A stretch of 64,000 nucleotides of DNA from Octopus vulgaris. Its lineage: Eukaryota. Under the pieces are notes generated by a model, which ran no database searches, was not told the origin of the DNA, and saw only the letters and a program-made list of their open reading frames with translations. Positions 12,649 to 25,185 of this stretch are shown here, one piece after another. Within the stretch, counting starts at the first letter, position 1, and every line of letters begins with the position of its first letter. The translations under genes were made by a program, and so were the position numbers. The stretch is from NCBI GenBank assembly GCA_951406725.2, contig OX597831.1, positions 43,586,001 to 43,650,000 of the forward strand, written 5' to 3'.

Positions 12649-13576
12649 GACAGAGACAGAGAATGAGGGGGTTTGGGAGAGAACTAAAGGGACATTAAAG
12701 CATCTAACGTCAAATAAGTCAGTGTTGAATCATCGATGTCAAATAGGTGTCACCGAAATTGCTGTACCAAAAATGCCACATACTCCCAAGCTCCCATTAT
12801 ACAAGATAACCATCATGCCACTCACATCTCTAGCACCCTCTTCCTCTTTCAGTCATTTTACCATACAATGAATGACCAGCTATTTCAGATACACTTGTAC
12901 TTTTTCTCTGCATTTTTTCTTCTCTCCTTGTCTATTGTTTCTGCAGAAAGAGAATATTCTCGAAATATAAGACTTTTAATTTTTCCTGAGTGTAAACTTT
13001 ATACACCCTGTATGCTTGTATTTTCTTTTTTTTTATTTTTTTACCTCAACTTTGTGTTTTCTTTTAAATATTTTTAATACCATAATAATGGTATACTATA
13101 GCTACAATGCTTCACTCCATCAACCAGCTGCTGCATAGCAAACTATGGCATGGTTGCAGTCTAAACTGATGCACTGAATAGCTAGCATACAAAAAGAAAA
13201 AATCAATTTGTAACATCTGGACTTCCAGTTAAATATCTTCGTGCCAATGTTAATTGTCTGCTTAAACGCAATCAGCTCAAAGTAACCCACTTCTTTGCCT
13301 TCTGGCCATGCGAAACACCGCTTAACTCTTTTGATACCAACCTGCCTGTGATCAACCCTAGTGCTATGATATAAACTTTCTGTTTTAACCCTTTACCATT
13401 TAAATTGGCCCTATCCCGCTCCATGTTCAAGCTGACCACATCTGACTTGTCATACCTACCCTACAATGTCATTCTTAGAATAAACAATAATGTCATCAAA
13501 ATCTCAGAGCTATGAGATAATACATGGTAAATTCAAATCAGTGTGACGAAGTAAACATTACATTTGATCAAACAGA

Positions 13577-13955
13577 CGTAGGAGTGGCTGTGTGGTAAGT
13601 AGCTTGCTTATGAACCACATGGTTCCGGGTTCAGTCCCACTGCGTGGCACCTTGGGCAAGTGTCTTCTACTATAGCCTCGGCTGACCAAAGCCTTGTGAG
13701 TGGATTTGTAGAAGGAAACTGAAAGAAGCCTGTCGTATATATACATTTGTGTGTGTATGTTTGTGTGTGTGTTTGTCCCCCCAACATCGCTTGACAACTG
13801 ATGCAGGTGTGTTTACGTCCTCGTAACCTAGCGGTTTGGCAAAAGAGACCAATAGAATAAGTACTAGGCTTACAAAGAGTTCTGGGGTCCATTTGCTCGA
13901 CTAAAGGCGGTGCTCCAGAATGGCCGCAGTCAAGTGACTGAAACAAGTAAAAGAG
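13577..13955 (+). mobile_element. SINE family A, full length
   Basis: Complete head, microsatellite and tail. Confidence 0.85.
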
Positions 13956-14513
13956 AGTGTCAAAACTTTAGCATTTAACCCAACCATATCCAGCCCAAAT
14001 ATTCTTCCTGTTTTACGTTCAAACAGGCCAGATCTGGCCTCTCACACCTACCCTACAGTGTTATTCTAATAACAAGCAATCACATCATCAAAATCTGGAA
14101 GATAATGCATGATTAATTCAAAAACTATGTGAATAAAATAAGAATTACATTTGACAGAGAAATCTGAACGCTAAAGATTTAAAGAGATCCAGATTAAACC
14201 TTTCCATCAAAATTTTTACTTTAATGTTCCAAATACCAGCTGAAGTAATCACAAAGTCATTTTCTTGAATTCCTCGTTATTTTCTAAGTCGATTGATTGT
14301 AGGCAAGTAATTATAAGGAGTCAGTATGGAAACAAAAAGAAAAAATGGTTAAAAACAATATGAAATAACATAATAGCTTACTTATTCATTTGGTTGTGAA
14401 ATGTTTTTCCTTTTGAGGTCAACTTCTGTTATATTCAACATTTGTGTCTCATCTAGGAAAAAAACAAAAGAAAAGAAACAAACAAAATAAATACACTGTA
14501 AGTAATACTGTTT

Positions 14514-14890
14514 ACATCATCATCATCGTCATCATCGTTGTCCTCATTAGCATCATTGTCATCACCACCACCATCATCATTATCATGACCATCATCATCG
14601 TGATCAGTAGCATCATTATCATCATCATCATCCGCATTACCATCATCATCATCATGATCATCATCGTCATCGTCATCATCATTGTATTGTCATCATCGTC
14701 ATCGCCAACATTATCATTGTCATCGTCATCATTAGCATCATTGTCATCACCACCACCATCATCAGCATCATCATCATCATGACCATCATCATTATCATCA
14801 TCATCATTGTTGTTGTCGTTATCAGCATCCTCGTTGTTGTCATCATCATCATCCACATCATCATCATCATCATCATCACCACTATCATAA
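14514..14890. repeat. Long degenerate (CAT)n microsatellite, expanded RTE tail
   Basis: Directly adjoins an RTE 3' end (TATCCGCTTTTCCATGCTTGCCTGGG). Confidence 0.85.
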
Positions 14891-15236
14891 CTCAATATCC
14901 GCTTTTCCATGCTTGCCTGGGTCAGACGGAATTTGTCGAGGCAGAGTTTCCACAGCTGGATGTCCTTTCCTTTTCCCTCCAACCCTCACCTGTTTCCAAG
15001 TGAGGTGACATTTCTCCAAGGCCAGACATATTTTCCATGGAAGATTACAAATGAGCAACTTTTCATGTATGATAACGATAATGATGATGATGATGCTCAT
15101 TTACAACCATCACATGATATTTAGGCAACCATACACACACACACACACACACACCTTGGGTAAGTGTCTTCTGCTATAGCCTTGGGCTGACCAAAGCCTA
15201 CTGGGTGAATTTGGCATATGGAAACTGAAAGAAGCT

Positions 15237-15287
<51 letters not shown>

Positions 15288-15425
15288 TGAAAAGGTTGCA
15301 AGGTGCAATGAAAATTTTAGAAAAAATAAGTAATTAAATGAGTGGAAATTGAACTGGTGAGTGTGTTAAATAATAAGGCACAAAAAGAGAAGGACTCTCC
15401 CCAGACACAATAATATATATATGTA

Positions 15426-15462
<37 letters not shown>

Positions 15463-15641
15463 CATCATCATCATCATCATCATCGTTTAACGTCCACTTT
15501 CCATGCTGGCATGGGTTGGATGGTTTGACTGAGGACTGGCGAGCCAGATGGCTGCACCAGGCTCCAATCTGATCTGGCAGAGTTTCTACAGCTGGATGCC
15601 TTTCCTAAGGCCATACACACACACAAACATATATATATATA

Positions 15642-15738
<97 letters not shown>

Positions 15739-15917
15739 AGATGGAGGCACATGGCCTTGTGGTTAGAGTAGTGGACTCGCGGTCGAGGGATCGCAATAAT
15801 ATATATATGTATGTGTGTGTGTGTGTGTATATATATATATAAATAAATATTTTGGGAAAACTAATTTCCAAATCAATATATATATACATAAATAAATATA
15901 TATAAATATATATAAAA

Positions 15918-16225
15918 ATGGAGGCACATGGCCTCGTGGTTAGAGCAGCAGACTCGCAGTCAAGGGATCGTGGGTTCGAATCTCAGACGGAGCGATGTGT
16001 ATGTCTATGAGCAAAACACCTAAGCTCTATGCGGCTCTGGCAGAAGGTAATGGCGAACTTCTTCTGACTCTTTCGCCACAACTTTCTCACTCATTTTTTC
16101 CTCCTGCATCTTGCAGCTCACCTGCGATGGATCGGCGTCCCGTCCAGGTGGGGAACCTATATGCCAAGGAAGCCAGGAATTTGGCCCTATGAGCCAGGCA
16201 TGGCTCGAGAAGGAACAAACAACAA
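15918..16225 (+). mobile_element. SINE family D (GGAGGCACATGGCCT head, (AAAC/AAC)n tail)
   Basis: tRNA-like A box TGGCCTCGTGGTTAGA and B box GGTTCGAATC; homologous to 48113-48400 and 55488-55770. Confidence 0.8.
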
Positions 16226-16387
16226 CAATATATAAAAATAAATATATATATATAAATATATGTATGTAAGCAGTATAATCTAGTGCCCCAGCATGGCCAC
16301 AGTCTAACGGCTGAAACAAGTCGCAACAAAGAGATAAAAGGTAAACAAACTAGTGACATGGCCTGAATGCCTGCTTGCAATCAAATA

Positions 16388-16445
16388 GACTCTGCTAAAG
16401 GCAGCCAAGGACCTGGTCTTGTCCTTGGCTGCCTTTAGCAGAGTC
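16388..16445. repeat. Perfect 25-bp-stem hairpin with 8-nt loop
   Basis: GACTCTGCTAAAGGCAGCCAAGGAC-ctggtctt-GTCCTTGGCTGCCTTTAGCAGAGTC. Confidence 0.9.
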
Positions 16446-18157
16446 CATAGAAGGGTGTTACACTGGCTGAGGGATTAAGTGTAGCAAACAGGATGGATAT
16501 GATGGGATTTGCAGTGAGAATGTTCAGAGTCGGAATGAATACCACAAGGTATTTCATCTGATAATCATACAATTTCCACCAGTCCACTGTAGTACTTGAT
16601 TGGTACTTTATTAGTTGATCTTGGAAAGATGAAGGGCAAAGTTGATCGCAGAGAGACTTCCTCAAAATACAGGAAGCTGGAGCCACACTGCATTTTTCAG
16701 TAGTGTAACTGGAGGCTATGAGGGACTGCAGTGATGGGGACAGTCTGCTGTGGGTGACACTTTTATGTGAACACCACTTTTAGACCTGCTGTATAAACCT
16801 GAATAGGGAGCAGGGTAAACACAAGGGCTGCCCCTAAGTGGCGAACATCATAGTTGCACCAGTAGCTATTTTGTCTAGTGATCAAATGACTCTGCTAATT
16901 TGTTACCTATGGTAAGAGATACTTGCTCAAGGCACTGCACAATGGAATCATACCTGTGTGTATAATTCCATTGTGTAGTGGGTGCGTGATGTAAGCTCCT
17001 TAACCATTTGATGTGCGTCAAACTCTTGCACTTATGACACCTATATCCTGATCTGAACAAAAACCTCCAACACAACAAACAATACCATAGAAAGGATGGT
17101 CGTGACTATTTCAACAAAATGCTATTTTTATAACAGAAATTTGTAAAGCTTAGTAGTGAACAAGCTAAATTCTCACCATTAGTGACATGAAATCATGACA
17201 AGTATCAGTTCTTTCAAGCATGTTATTACCCAGTAATGAGTCAAAAGCTTGGGTTTTTCTTCTAATGTTAACCTGTTCAACAATGAAGTGGGAGAGGCCA
17301 TCTATTTCACAGCAATTGAATATTTCGGTAGTCACTTACTATTTTACTTGTTTCAGTCATTTGACTGCGGCCATGTTGGAGCACCGCCTTTAGTCGAGCA
17401 AATCGACCCCACGACTTATTCTTTGTAAGCCTAGTACTTATTCTATCAATCTCTTTTGCTGAATCGCTAAGTTACAGGGACGTAAACACACCAGCATCGG
17501 TTGTCAAGTGATGTTGCAGGGACAAACACAGACACACAAACATATACAAACACACACATATATATATACGATGGGCTTCTTTCAGTTTCCGTCTACCAAA
17601 TCCACTCACAAGGCTTTGGTCGGCCTGAGGCTGTAGTAGAAGATACTTGCCCAAGGTGGTACGTCAAAGATTTACACTAAACATCCAGCCATCCAAGCAG
17701 GAAATGCTGTAGTAGTAAGATGGAGTTATTTATGTTGAACCTTTTCTAAATAACAAACAGCCCCTTCTATATGGACACTCACGGAAGGGCCCTGTGAATA
17801 ACTGACAAGCTTCTTCCCTTAATTTTGGACACTGTGAGGTAAGTTCACCGTGAGGAAAGTTTACCGGGAATATATATCTGTAGTATCTTACCACTAATAG
17901 TTAGAAACTATTTTATAAAAAAAATGGTGAGTCGATGATGGTGAATTTTCCCTGTGATGAATTGATTGACAGTGAACTTACTGGATAAGAACACCTGAAT
18001 TATATGTAAGGCAGCAAGCTGGCAGAATCATTACTGTGCCAGTCAACATGCTTAGCAGCATTTCACCTGTCTTTACGTTCTGAGTTCAAATTCTGCCAAG
18101 GTCAATTTTGCCTTTCATCCTTTTAAGGTGGATAAAATAAGTACCAGTTGAACATAT

Positions 18158-18277
18158 GCTTATGGCCATATCACGTTGAAAGCACCGGTTCTTGTCCGAT
18201 CACCAAAGTTAAGCAACGTCGAGCCTAGTTAGTACTTAGGTGGGTGACCGCTTGGGAAACCTAGGTGCTGTAAGCAT
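18158..18277 (+). rRNA. Dispersed 5S rRNA copy, probably a pseudogene (orphon)
   Basis: 120 nt GCTTATGGCCATATCACGTTGAAAGCACCGG...GGTGCTGTAAGCAT with terminal helix, box A (AGTTAAGC) and box C region (GGTGGGTGACC); isolated, no T4+ terminator after it, several apparent CpG transitions. Confidence 0.9.
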
Positions 18278-18291
18278 TCATTATCTTTACA

Positions 18292-18695
18292 GGCACAGGA
18301 GTAGCTGTGTGGTAAGTAGCTTGCTTATGAACCACATGGTTCTGGGTTCAGTCCCACTGAGTGGCATCTTGTGCAAGTGTCTTCTACTATAGCCTCGGGC
18401 TGACCAAAGCCTCGTGAGTGGATTTGGTAGACGGAAACTGAAAGAAACCCGTCGTATATATATATATATATGTATGCACCATATGTATGTATGTATATGT
18501 TTGTGTTTGTCCCTCCAACATCACTTGACAACCGATGCTGGTGTGTTTATGTCACCGTCACTTAGTGGTTCGGCAAGAGAGACCGATAGAATAAGTACTA
18601 GGCTTACAAAGAATAAGTCCTGGGGTCGATTTGTTCAACTAAAAGGCGGTGCTCCAGCATGGTCACAGTCAAATGATTGAAACAAGTAAAAGAGT
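18292..18695 (+). mobile_element. SINE family A, full length
   Basis: Complete head, microsatellite and tail. Confidence 0.85.
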
Positions 18696-18703
18696 ATACA
18701 GAG

Positions 18704-18793
18704 TCTCTTACAGCTGTTTCTAAAATAGCCAAGCAAGTAGATCATATTATTGAATAAGGACTCCATAAGCTGAGCACACCGTCATCAGAGAGA
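18704..18793 (-). ncRNA. Type I hammerhead ribozyme motif with long, degenerate stem-loop II
   Basis: Minus strand: tctct-CTGATGA-(~60 nt)-GAAA-cagct-GTA-agaga; 5-bp stem I and palindromic stem III ACAGCTGT. Confidence 0.55.
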
Positions 18794-18844
18794 AAGAAGT
18801 CAGGGAGATGTAAAAATGAGGGAATGTCCTCAATCGAGGATACC

Positions 18845-19076
18845 TATTTCTTTATTACTCACAAGGGGCTAAACATAGAGGGGACAAACAAGGACAGACA
18901 TAGGTATTAAGTCGATTACATCGACCCCAGTGCGTAACTGGTACTTAATTTATCGACCCTGAAAGGATGAAAGGCAAACTCGACCTCGGCGGAATTTGAA
19001 CTCAGAACGTAGCGGCAGGCGAAATACCGCAGAGCATTTCGCCCGGCGTGCTAACATTTCTGCCAGCTCGCCGCCT
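18845..19076 (-). mobile_element. SINE family B, young full-length copy
   Basis: CpG-rich and intact; 11-bp TSD tcgaggatacc at 18834-18844 and 19077-19087. Confidence 0.9.
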
Positions 19077-20444
19077 TCGAGGATACCAATATATATTCCA
19101 GTTTGTCAAAAATGGGGGAAGGATCAGAGTAAAATATGTATATGTTGGGTAGTTCTATAATCGAATAAATAATGCAATTACAGGTAATGTCCATTAGCAG
19201 TTTCAAATGAGAGTGTTCACTGATAATCCGTAGCAAGGAATAGAGGAAGTTATCAGTTCCAATTTTGAATAGAACAGAAAATGAATAAAAACGGTGGTAA
19301 AGAAACAACCCGTATTACAGGAAGGGGATCTATCTGGATAAAGAACTAGTAAAATAAGCAACAATATACAAAAAAAGAAATAGATGGTGTTTACATGAGG
19401 AAAATAGAGAGATAGATAGATAGATAGAGGGAGAGAGAGAGAGATGTAGAAAGTGAGAGGAGATAAAGTAAAAATTGGGCAAGGGTAGTAGTAGTAGTAG
19501 TAGGTTGTAGCATTAATAGAAGTGGGTAAACCAAACACTTGAGTCTCTTCTGTATCCTGTTGACATACAGTGAAAAACAAGTAGACACTTTAGTTAGGGA
19601 AAGGAGACATTCTGGAATAAAATATAAGCAGTCAATAAATAGGGAAACCTTTTCAATGCAAGCCTGTTTGGAAATGGCGGGGGTGGGAGGAGTGAAAGAG
19701 AGAGAGAGAGAGAGAGAGTAAATAAAATAAAATGGTATTGAATGCAAGATATAATTTTAGAAAGAGGAAAGAGGGAAGAAAATAGTTTTGAAGGACTGAA
19801 CAAGGGAAAAAGGATAAAAAAAAAAATAAAGAGAAAGAAAAAGAAGAATACCACCCTCAACTAACTATTGTTAAGGGTGATCACTATGAACATGTCGATA
19901 ATGATGATGATGATGATGATGATCAAGGAGCAAAAGCAAATACCTTCTATACAGGTTTGTTTTTATTATTTACTATCAACCTCCCCACCAGTTTTCTTTC
20001 CCTCCATATAAGCATGGAAGGGAATTTTTTTTTTTATGTCAAAATTTTGGGTGTTTTGTTGGAATAAACCCACAGTAATATTAAAGAGGAGACCTCTTCA
20101 TAACGTCCACAAAGGACGCTTGAGGTTTCTCACTCTACTAGAAGCCAAACCATGGAACGGATGGGTGAACAAAGGAGTAGCCTGTATGTGGTACCTCAGA
20201 TTGCTAGAAATAACAGGGTAAACAGCTTTAATTTTAACTCCTTAGTATTTAAACTGGCCAAATGCAGTCAAAATATTATACATGTTTTATGTTCATTTGA
20301 TGTGTGCTTTCTATGCTGGCATGGGTTAGACAGTTTGACTGGAACTGGTAAACTGGGGAGCTGTACCAGGTTCCAGTCTGATTTTAGCTTGGTTTCTATG
20401 GCTGGATGCCCTTTGTAATGCCAACCACTCCAAGAGTGTAGTGG

Positions 20445-21108
20445 GTGTCTTTTATGTGTCACTAGCATGGATGTTTTTATGTATCACTTGCACAGGTGCT
20501 CTTACATGTCACCAGCACAGATGCTTTTATGTGTGTCCAGCACAGGTGCTTTTATGTGTCACTGGCACAGGAGCTTCTACGTACCTCTGGTACAGGTACT
20601 CCTATGTTCCACTGGCACAGGTGCTTCTACGTGCCACTGGCACAAGTGCTTCTACGTCCCACAAGCACAGGTGCCTCTACATGCTACTGGCACAAGTACT
20701 TCTACATCCCACTGGCACAGGTGTTTCTATGTGTCATTGGCACAGGTACTTCTATGTACCACTGCCACAGATGCTTCTACGTCCCACTGGCACAGGTGCT
20801 TTTATGTGCCACTGGCACAAGTGCTTCTATGTCCCACTGGCACAGGTGCTTCTATGTGCCACTGGCAGAGGTGCTTCTACATGCTACTGGCACAAGGGCT
20901 TCTACGTCCCACTAGCACAGGTGCCTCTACATGCCACTGGCACAGGTGCTTCTATGCGCCACTGGTACAAGTGCTTCTATGTCCCACTGGCACAGGTGTT
21001 TCTATGTGTCATTGGCACAGGTACTTCTATGTGCCACTAGCACAGATGCTTCTACGTCCCACTGGCACAGGTGTTTCCATGTGTCATTGGCACTGGTGCT
21101 TCTACATG
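20445..21108. repeat. 25-bp minisatellite (consensus GTGCCACTGGCACAGGTGCTTCTAC), roughly 26 units
   Basis: Tandem units visible directly; continuous with an RTE tail at ~20300-20445. Confidence 0.92.
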
Positions 21109-21744
21109 TCAAAAATAAGCAACCACATCATCTAAATCTCAAAACAACAAAGTGAATAAATAAGTACAGAAATCTGAATGCTAAAAGATTAAAGGATTTA
21201 ATCGGTTTTAATCCCAGATATGTAGGCTTATGATCAAAGATATTCTGGCTTTGACTAATTTCTTCTTTTTAATTTCATGCCAAACAGCATTGTTGAATGT
21301 ATTCTTGCCTATTTTGGAAACAGTGAACTACTGATTTCAAATTTTGGTACAAGACCAGCAATTTCAGGAGAGTGGGTAAGCTGATTACATCGACCCCAGT
21401 ACTCAACTGGTACTTATTTTATCGACCCCAAAAGGATGAAAGGCAAAGTCAACCATGGCAGAACTTGAACTCAGCCCGTAAAGACAGACAAAATGCTGCC
21501 AAGTGTTTTGTTCTGCATGCTAGTGAGTCTGCCAGCTCGTCACCTTAACACTATTAAAATAAGAGTTGCTGTTTCTAGCAATCTGAGGTACTCCACAGAG
21601 GCCACTCCTTAGCTGACTCAGGACTTGTATGGTTTTACTTGTTGTTGAGTAAGAAACCTCAAGTTTCCTTTGTGGGCATTATGAAGAGGTTTCCCTCCAT
21701 ATTGCAAAATGCCTGGAAATTTAAAAAATAGAAAGTAGGGATTA

Positions 21745-22128
21745 CTCTCCTTTACTTGTTTCAGTCATTTGACTGTGACAATGCTGGAGCACCACCTTTA
21801 GTTGAGCAAATCGACCCCAGGACTTATTCTTTGTAAGCTTAGTACTTATTCTATCGGTCTCTTTTGCCAAACTGCTAAGTTATGAGGACGTAAACACACC
21901 AGCATTGGTTGTTAAGCAATGTTGGGAGGACCAACACAAACACACAAACATATATATACATATATACGACGGGTTTCTTTCAGTTTCCGTCTACCAAATC
22001 CACTCACAAGGCTTTGGTTGGTCCAAGGCTATAGTAGAAGACACTTGCCCAAGGTGCCACACAGTGGGACTGAACCTAGAACCATATGGTTGGTAAGCAA
22101 GCTACTTACAACACAGCCACTCCTACGC
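21745..22128 (-). mobile_element. SINE family A, full length
   Basis: Reverse complement of the family A consensus seen elsewhere. Confidence 0.85.
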
Positions 22129-23154
22129 ATGTGTACTTTGCTGGAATACGATACTTGATAATGACTGGAGATCAAACTAATTGAAAATTATAATCTTCAT
22201 AACAATTTATCTTGACATTTAGACATTTCATGTGTTGATTTGTTTGGAAAGTTCAAACCAGGTATTTTGAGCATCATCATCAGCATCATTGTCATTTAAC
22301 CGCTGCTTTCCATGCTGGCATGGGTTGGACGGTTTGACCGAGGGCTGGCAAGCCAGAAGGCTGCACCAGGCTCCAATCTGATCAGGCAAAGTTTCTACAG
22401 TTGGATGCCCTTTCTAATGCCAACCACTCTAAGAGTATAGTGGGTGCTTTTTTTTTATTAAAAGCACACACACACTATGCGAGTGTGTGTGTGTGAGTGT
22501 GCTTATATAAATATATATAAATAACCAGTATTCATGTATATTCTTGAGCACTCATTAATCCAGTAAAATTACAAATGAGGGTTATGCATCTCTGAAGATT
22601 TGACAATGCAATTAGATTATATATAACTGACAATCAATTCTTTGTCAATGAAAAACATGTAAGATGATGTAAGTAACTATTTTATAAACAAACTCTCCAG
22701 TTTTGTTTTGCTACACACACACACACACACACACACAGACATGTGCACTTTTATACATATATGTATTTTGTTTTTAACAGACACACACACACACACACGA
22801 TTTGTTTATATCAATTCACAAGCAACATTAAAAGGGTTTGATGAGTACTCAGACTTTCAAACTTAACATTTTCTAACATCTACAAACACCTTCTTTTTAA
22901 CACACACACACACATGCACAGCATTTGCATCAATTCATAAGCAACATAAAAGGTGTTTAATAATTCATAAATAATGCAAAGGGTACCCGAACTTTAACAT
23001 TTCATATAGAGTATATTTAAAAGCAGGTCTACAATGTGATGCATGCTTGAACTATAGTTTTCCTTTCCATGAACACACCCCAATGTCAAAGTAATATTAA
23101 GAGGACACACCAACCATGAATGCTCCACAAATCTGTAAAATGAAATTTAAATGC

Positions 23155-23468
23155 CATTACCCATGACTTTCGGAAACATTCGTTCAAGGTCAGAATTGCT
23201 GAAGCATGGAATAAACTACCTGCATCAGTTGTTAACTGTCAAGACACTACATCCTTCAAAACTTCCACACTTCTTTAAATTCACCAACAGTACACCTGAT
23301 GCTCCACTGTTTCTTCTTCTTCCTTTTTTTTTCCATTAAAAGACTTTTTCACAGGAAAAAAAGACTTTTTCCTGTGCATATTCTATGTACTGTTCATGCA
23401 GTTTTGGTTACTTTTTCTGATGATTTGTAGTGCACCTGGGTACTGTATACAATAAGTTCATTATTATC
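23155..23468 (+). mobile_element. CR1-like LINE 3' fragment
   Basis: Remnant reads SHDFRKH...RIAEAWNKLPASVVNC, like the CR1 ORF2 C-terminus; tail GTGCACCTGGGTACTGTATACAATAA. Confidence 0.65.
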
Positions 23469-24056
23469 AATATCTATAAAGCTGAAATGCGAAAAAGTTG
23501 TTCGTCTCATTTTGGGATGGGAACGGTTTAAGGGCTGGTAGATGGGGTTGGATTGGCTCCAAAATTTACAGGGACATGTACAAAGAGGCGAGGAAGTGAC
23601 TGGACTAGGTTAGAAACCCCTATCTCAAAAGCTGTGGTATGCATGTCTGTGGAGTACTCAGCCACTTGCACATTAATTTCACAAGCAGGCTGTTCGGGTT
23701 GATCGTCATAACCAATGGAGAACCATTTTACGCAAATGGCAGAAGTACATTCTGTATGTGTTAAAATGCTAAAGGTAGCTCCACTGCTTCAGAATGTTAA
23801 TTGTAATTCGAAATATGTCGTACTCTTTGATTATCTCATGCTTGGTAATAATCTGGTGTTGTCATGGAAGCACTGTGAGAGGAGGATTGTGACTGAGAAA
23901 TCTAAATGTTGGCCCAGAAATATATCTGTAACAAAAGAGAGTGGGTACAGTTGCTTATGCTTCATATATCTGTCGGTCTATTTATCTGTTTACCTATCTA
24001 CCTACATATCTCTCCTCCCTCTCCCTCTCTCTCTCTCTCTCTATCTGTCTGTCGAT

Positions 24057-24288
24057 AGGCGGCGAGCTGGCAGAAATGTTAGCACACCGGGCGAAATGCG
24101 TAGCCGTATTTCGTCTGTCGTTACGTTGTGAGTTCAAATTCCGCCGAGGTCGACTTTGCCTTTTCATCCTTTCGGGGTCGATAAATAAAGTACCAGTTAC
24201 GCACTGGGGTCGATGTAAACGACTTAATCCCTTTGTCTGTCCCTGTTTGTCCCCTCTATGTTTAGCCCCTTGTGGGCAATAAAGAAAT
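24057..24288 (+). mobile_element. SINE family B, young full-length copy
   Basis: Intact AGGCGGCGAGCTGGCAGAA head and AATAAAGAAAT tail. Confidence 0.88.
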
Positions 24289-24289
24289 A

Positions 24290-24373
24290 TATATATTTGT
24301 TTACCTATCTCTCTAGCTAGCTACCAATTACTTATTAACCTACCCACCTACCTTCATATCTCTACCCCGCCTA

Positions 24374-24406
<33 letters not shown>

Positions 24407-24619
24407 GTCTGTCTCTCTGTCTATATATTTGTTTACCTATCTCCCTAGCTAGCTACCAATTACTTATTAACCTACCTACCTTCATACCTCTATCCCTCTC
24501 TCTCTCTCTCTCTCTATCTATCTGTCTATCTGTCTGTATGTCTCTCTGACTATATATTTGTTTACCTATCTCTCTACCTACCTTCATATCTCTATCCCTC
24601 CCCCTCTCTCTCTCCCCTT

Positions 24620-24650
<31 letters not shown>

Positions 24651-24860
24651 GTCTATCTGTCTGTATGTCTCTCTGACTATATATTTGTTTACCTATCTCT
24701 CTACCTACCTTCATATCTCTATCTCTCCCTCCCTCTCTCTCCCCTCCCCCTCTCTCTATCTATCTGTCTGTATGTCTCTCTGACTATATATTTGTTTTAC
24801 CTATCTCTCTAGCTGGCTACCAATTACTTATCAACCTACTACCTACCTACCTACCTACTT
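24290..24860. repeat. Compound pyrimidine-rich tandem repeat (~110-135-bp units with (CT)n/(CTAT)n)
   Basis: TATATATTTGTTTACCTATCTC anchor recurs at ~24290, 24422, 24551, 24677 and 24785. Confidence 0.8.
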
Positions 24861-25128
24861 ATCCGTTTGTGTGTCTGTTAGTCTTAATGCATTTTAAATG
24901 TAAGCAATTGACAATCACTGTTCAAGTATCAAATTTAGAAGATGATGACAATGCTGCTGCTGCTGATGATGATGTTGATACAGGAATGAACATTTTCAAT
25001 TCCAACTTTATCATCAGATTCATATAGTAGAAGGCTTTGTGTTTGTATAGTTATTTCTAAATATGTGTGTGTTTGTGTGTATGTGTGTGTGTGTGTGTGT
25101 ATGTTTATACATGCAGGGATAGTGAGAG

Positions 25129-25185
<57 letters not shown>

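Noticed and set aside
14444-15003. Poly-I, poly-D and poly-M ORFs; likewise the poly-H ORF at 49698-49937 and 63397-63783
   Set aside because: Read-through of (CAT)n microsatellites.
16698-16865. Possible small MITE (CAGTAGTGTAACT...AGTTGCACCAGT); similar faint remnants at ~17835-17985 and ~46350-46652
   Set aside because: Termini too degenerate and no TSD confirmed.
20441-21155. Long overlapping ORFs (199-222 aa) and a superficially CRISPR-like periodic array
   Set aside because: A stop-poor 25-bp tandem unit is open in all frames; there are no unique spacers and no cas genes, and the context is eukaryotic.
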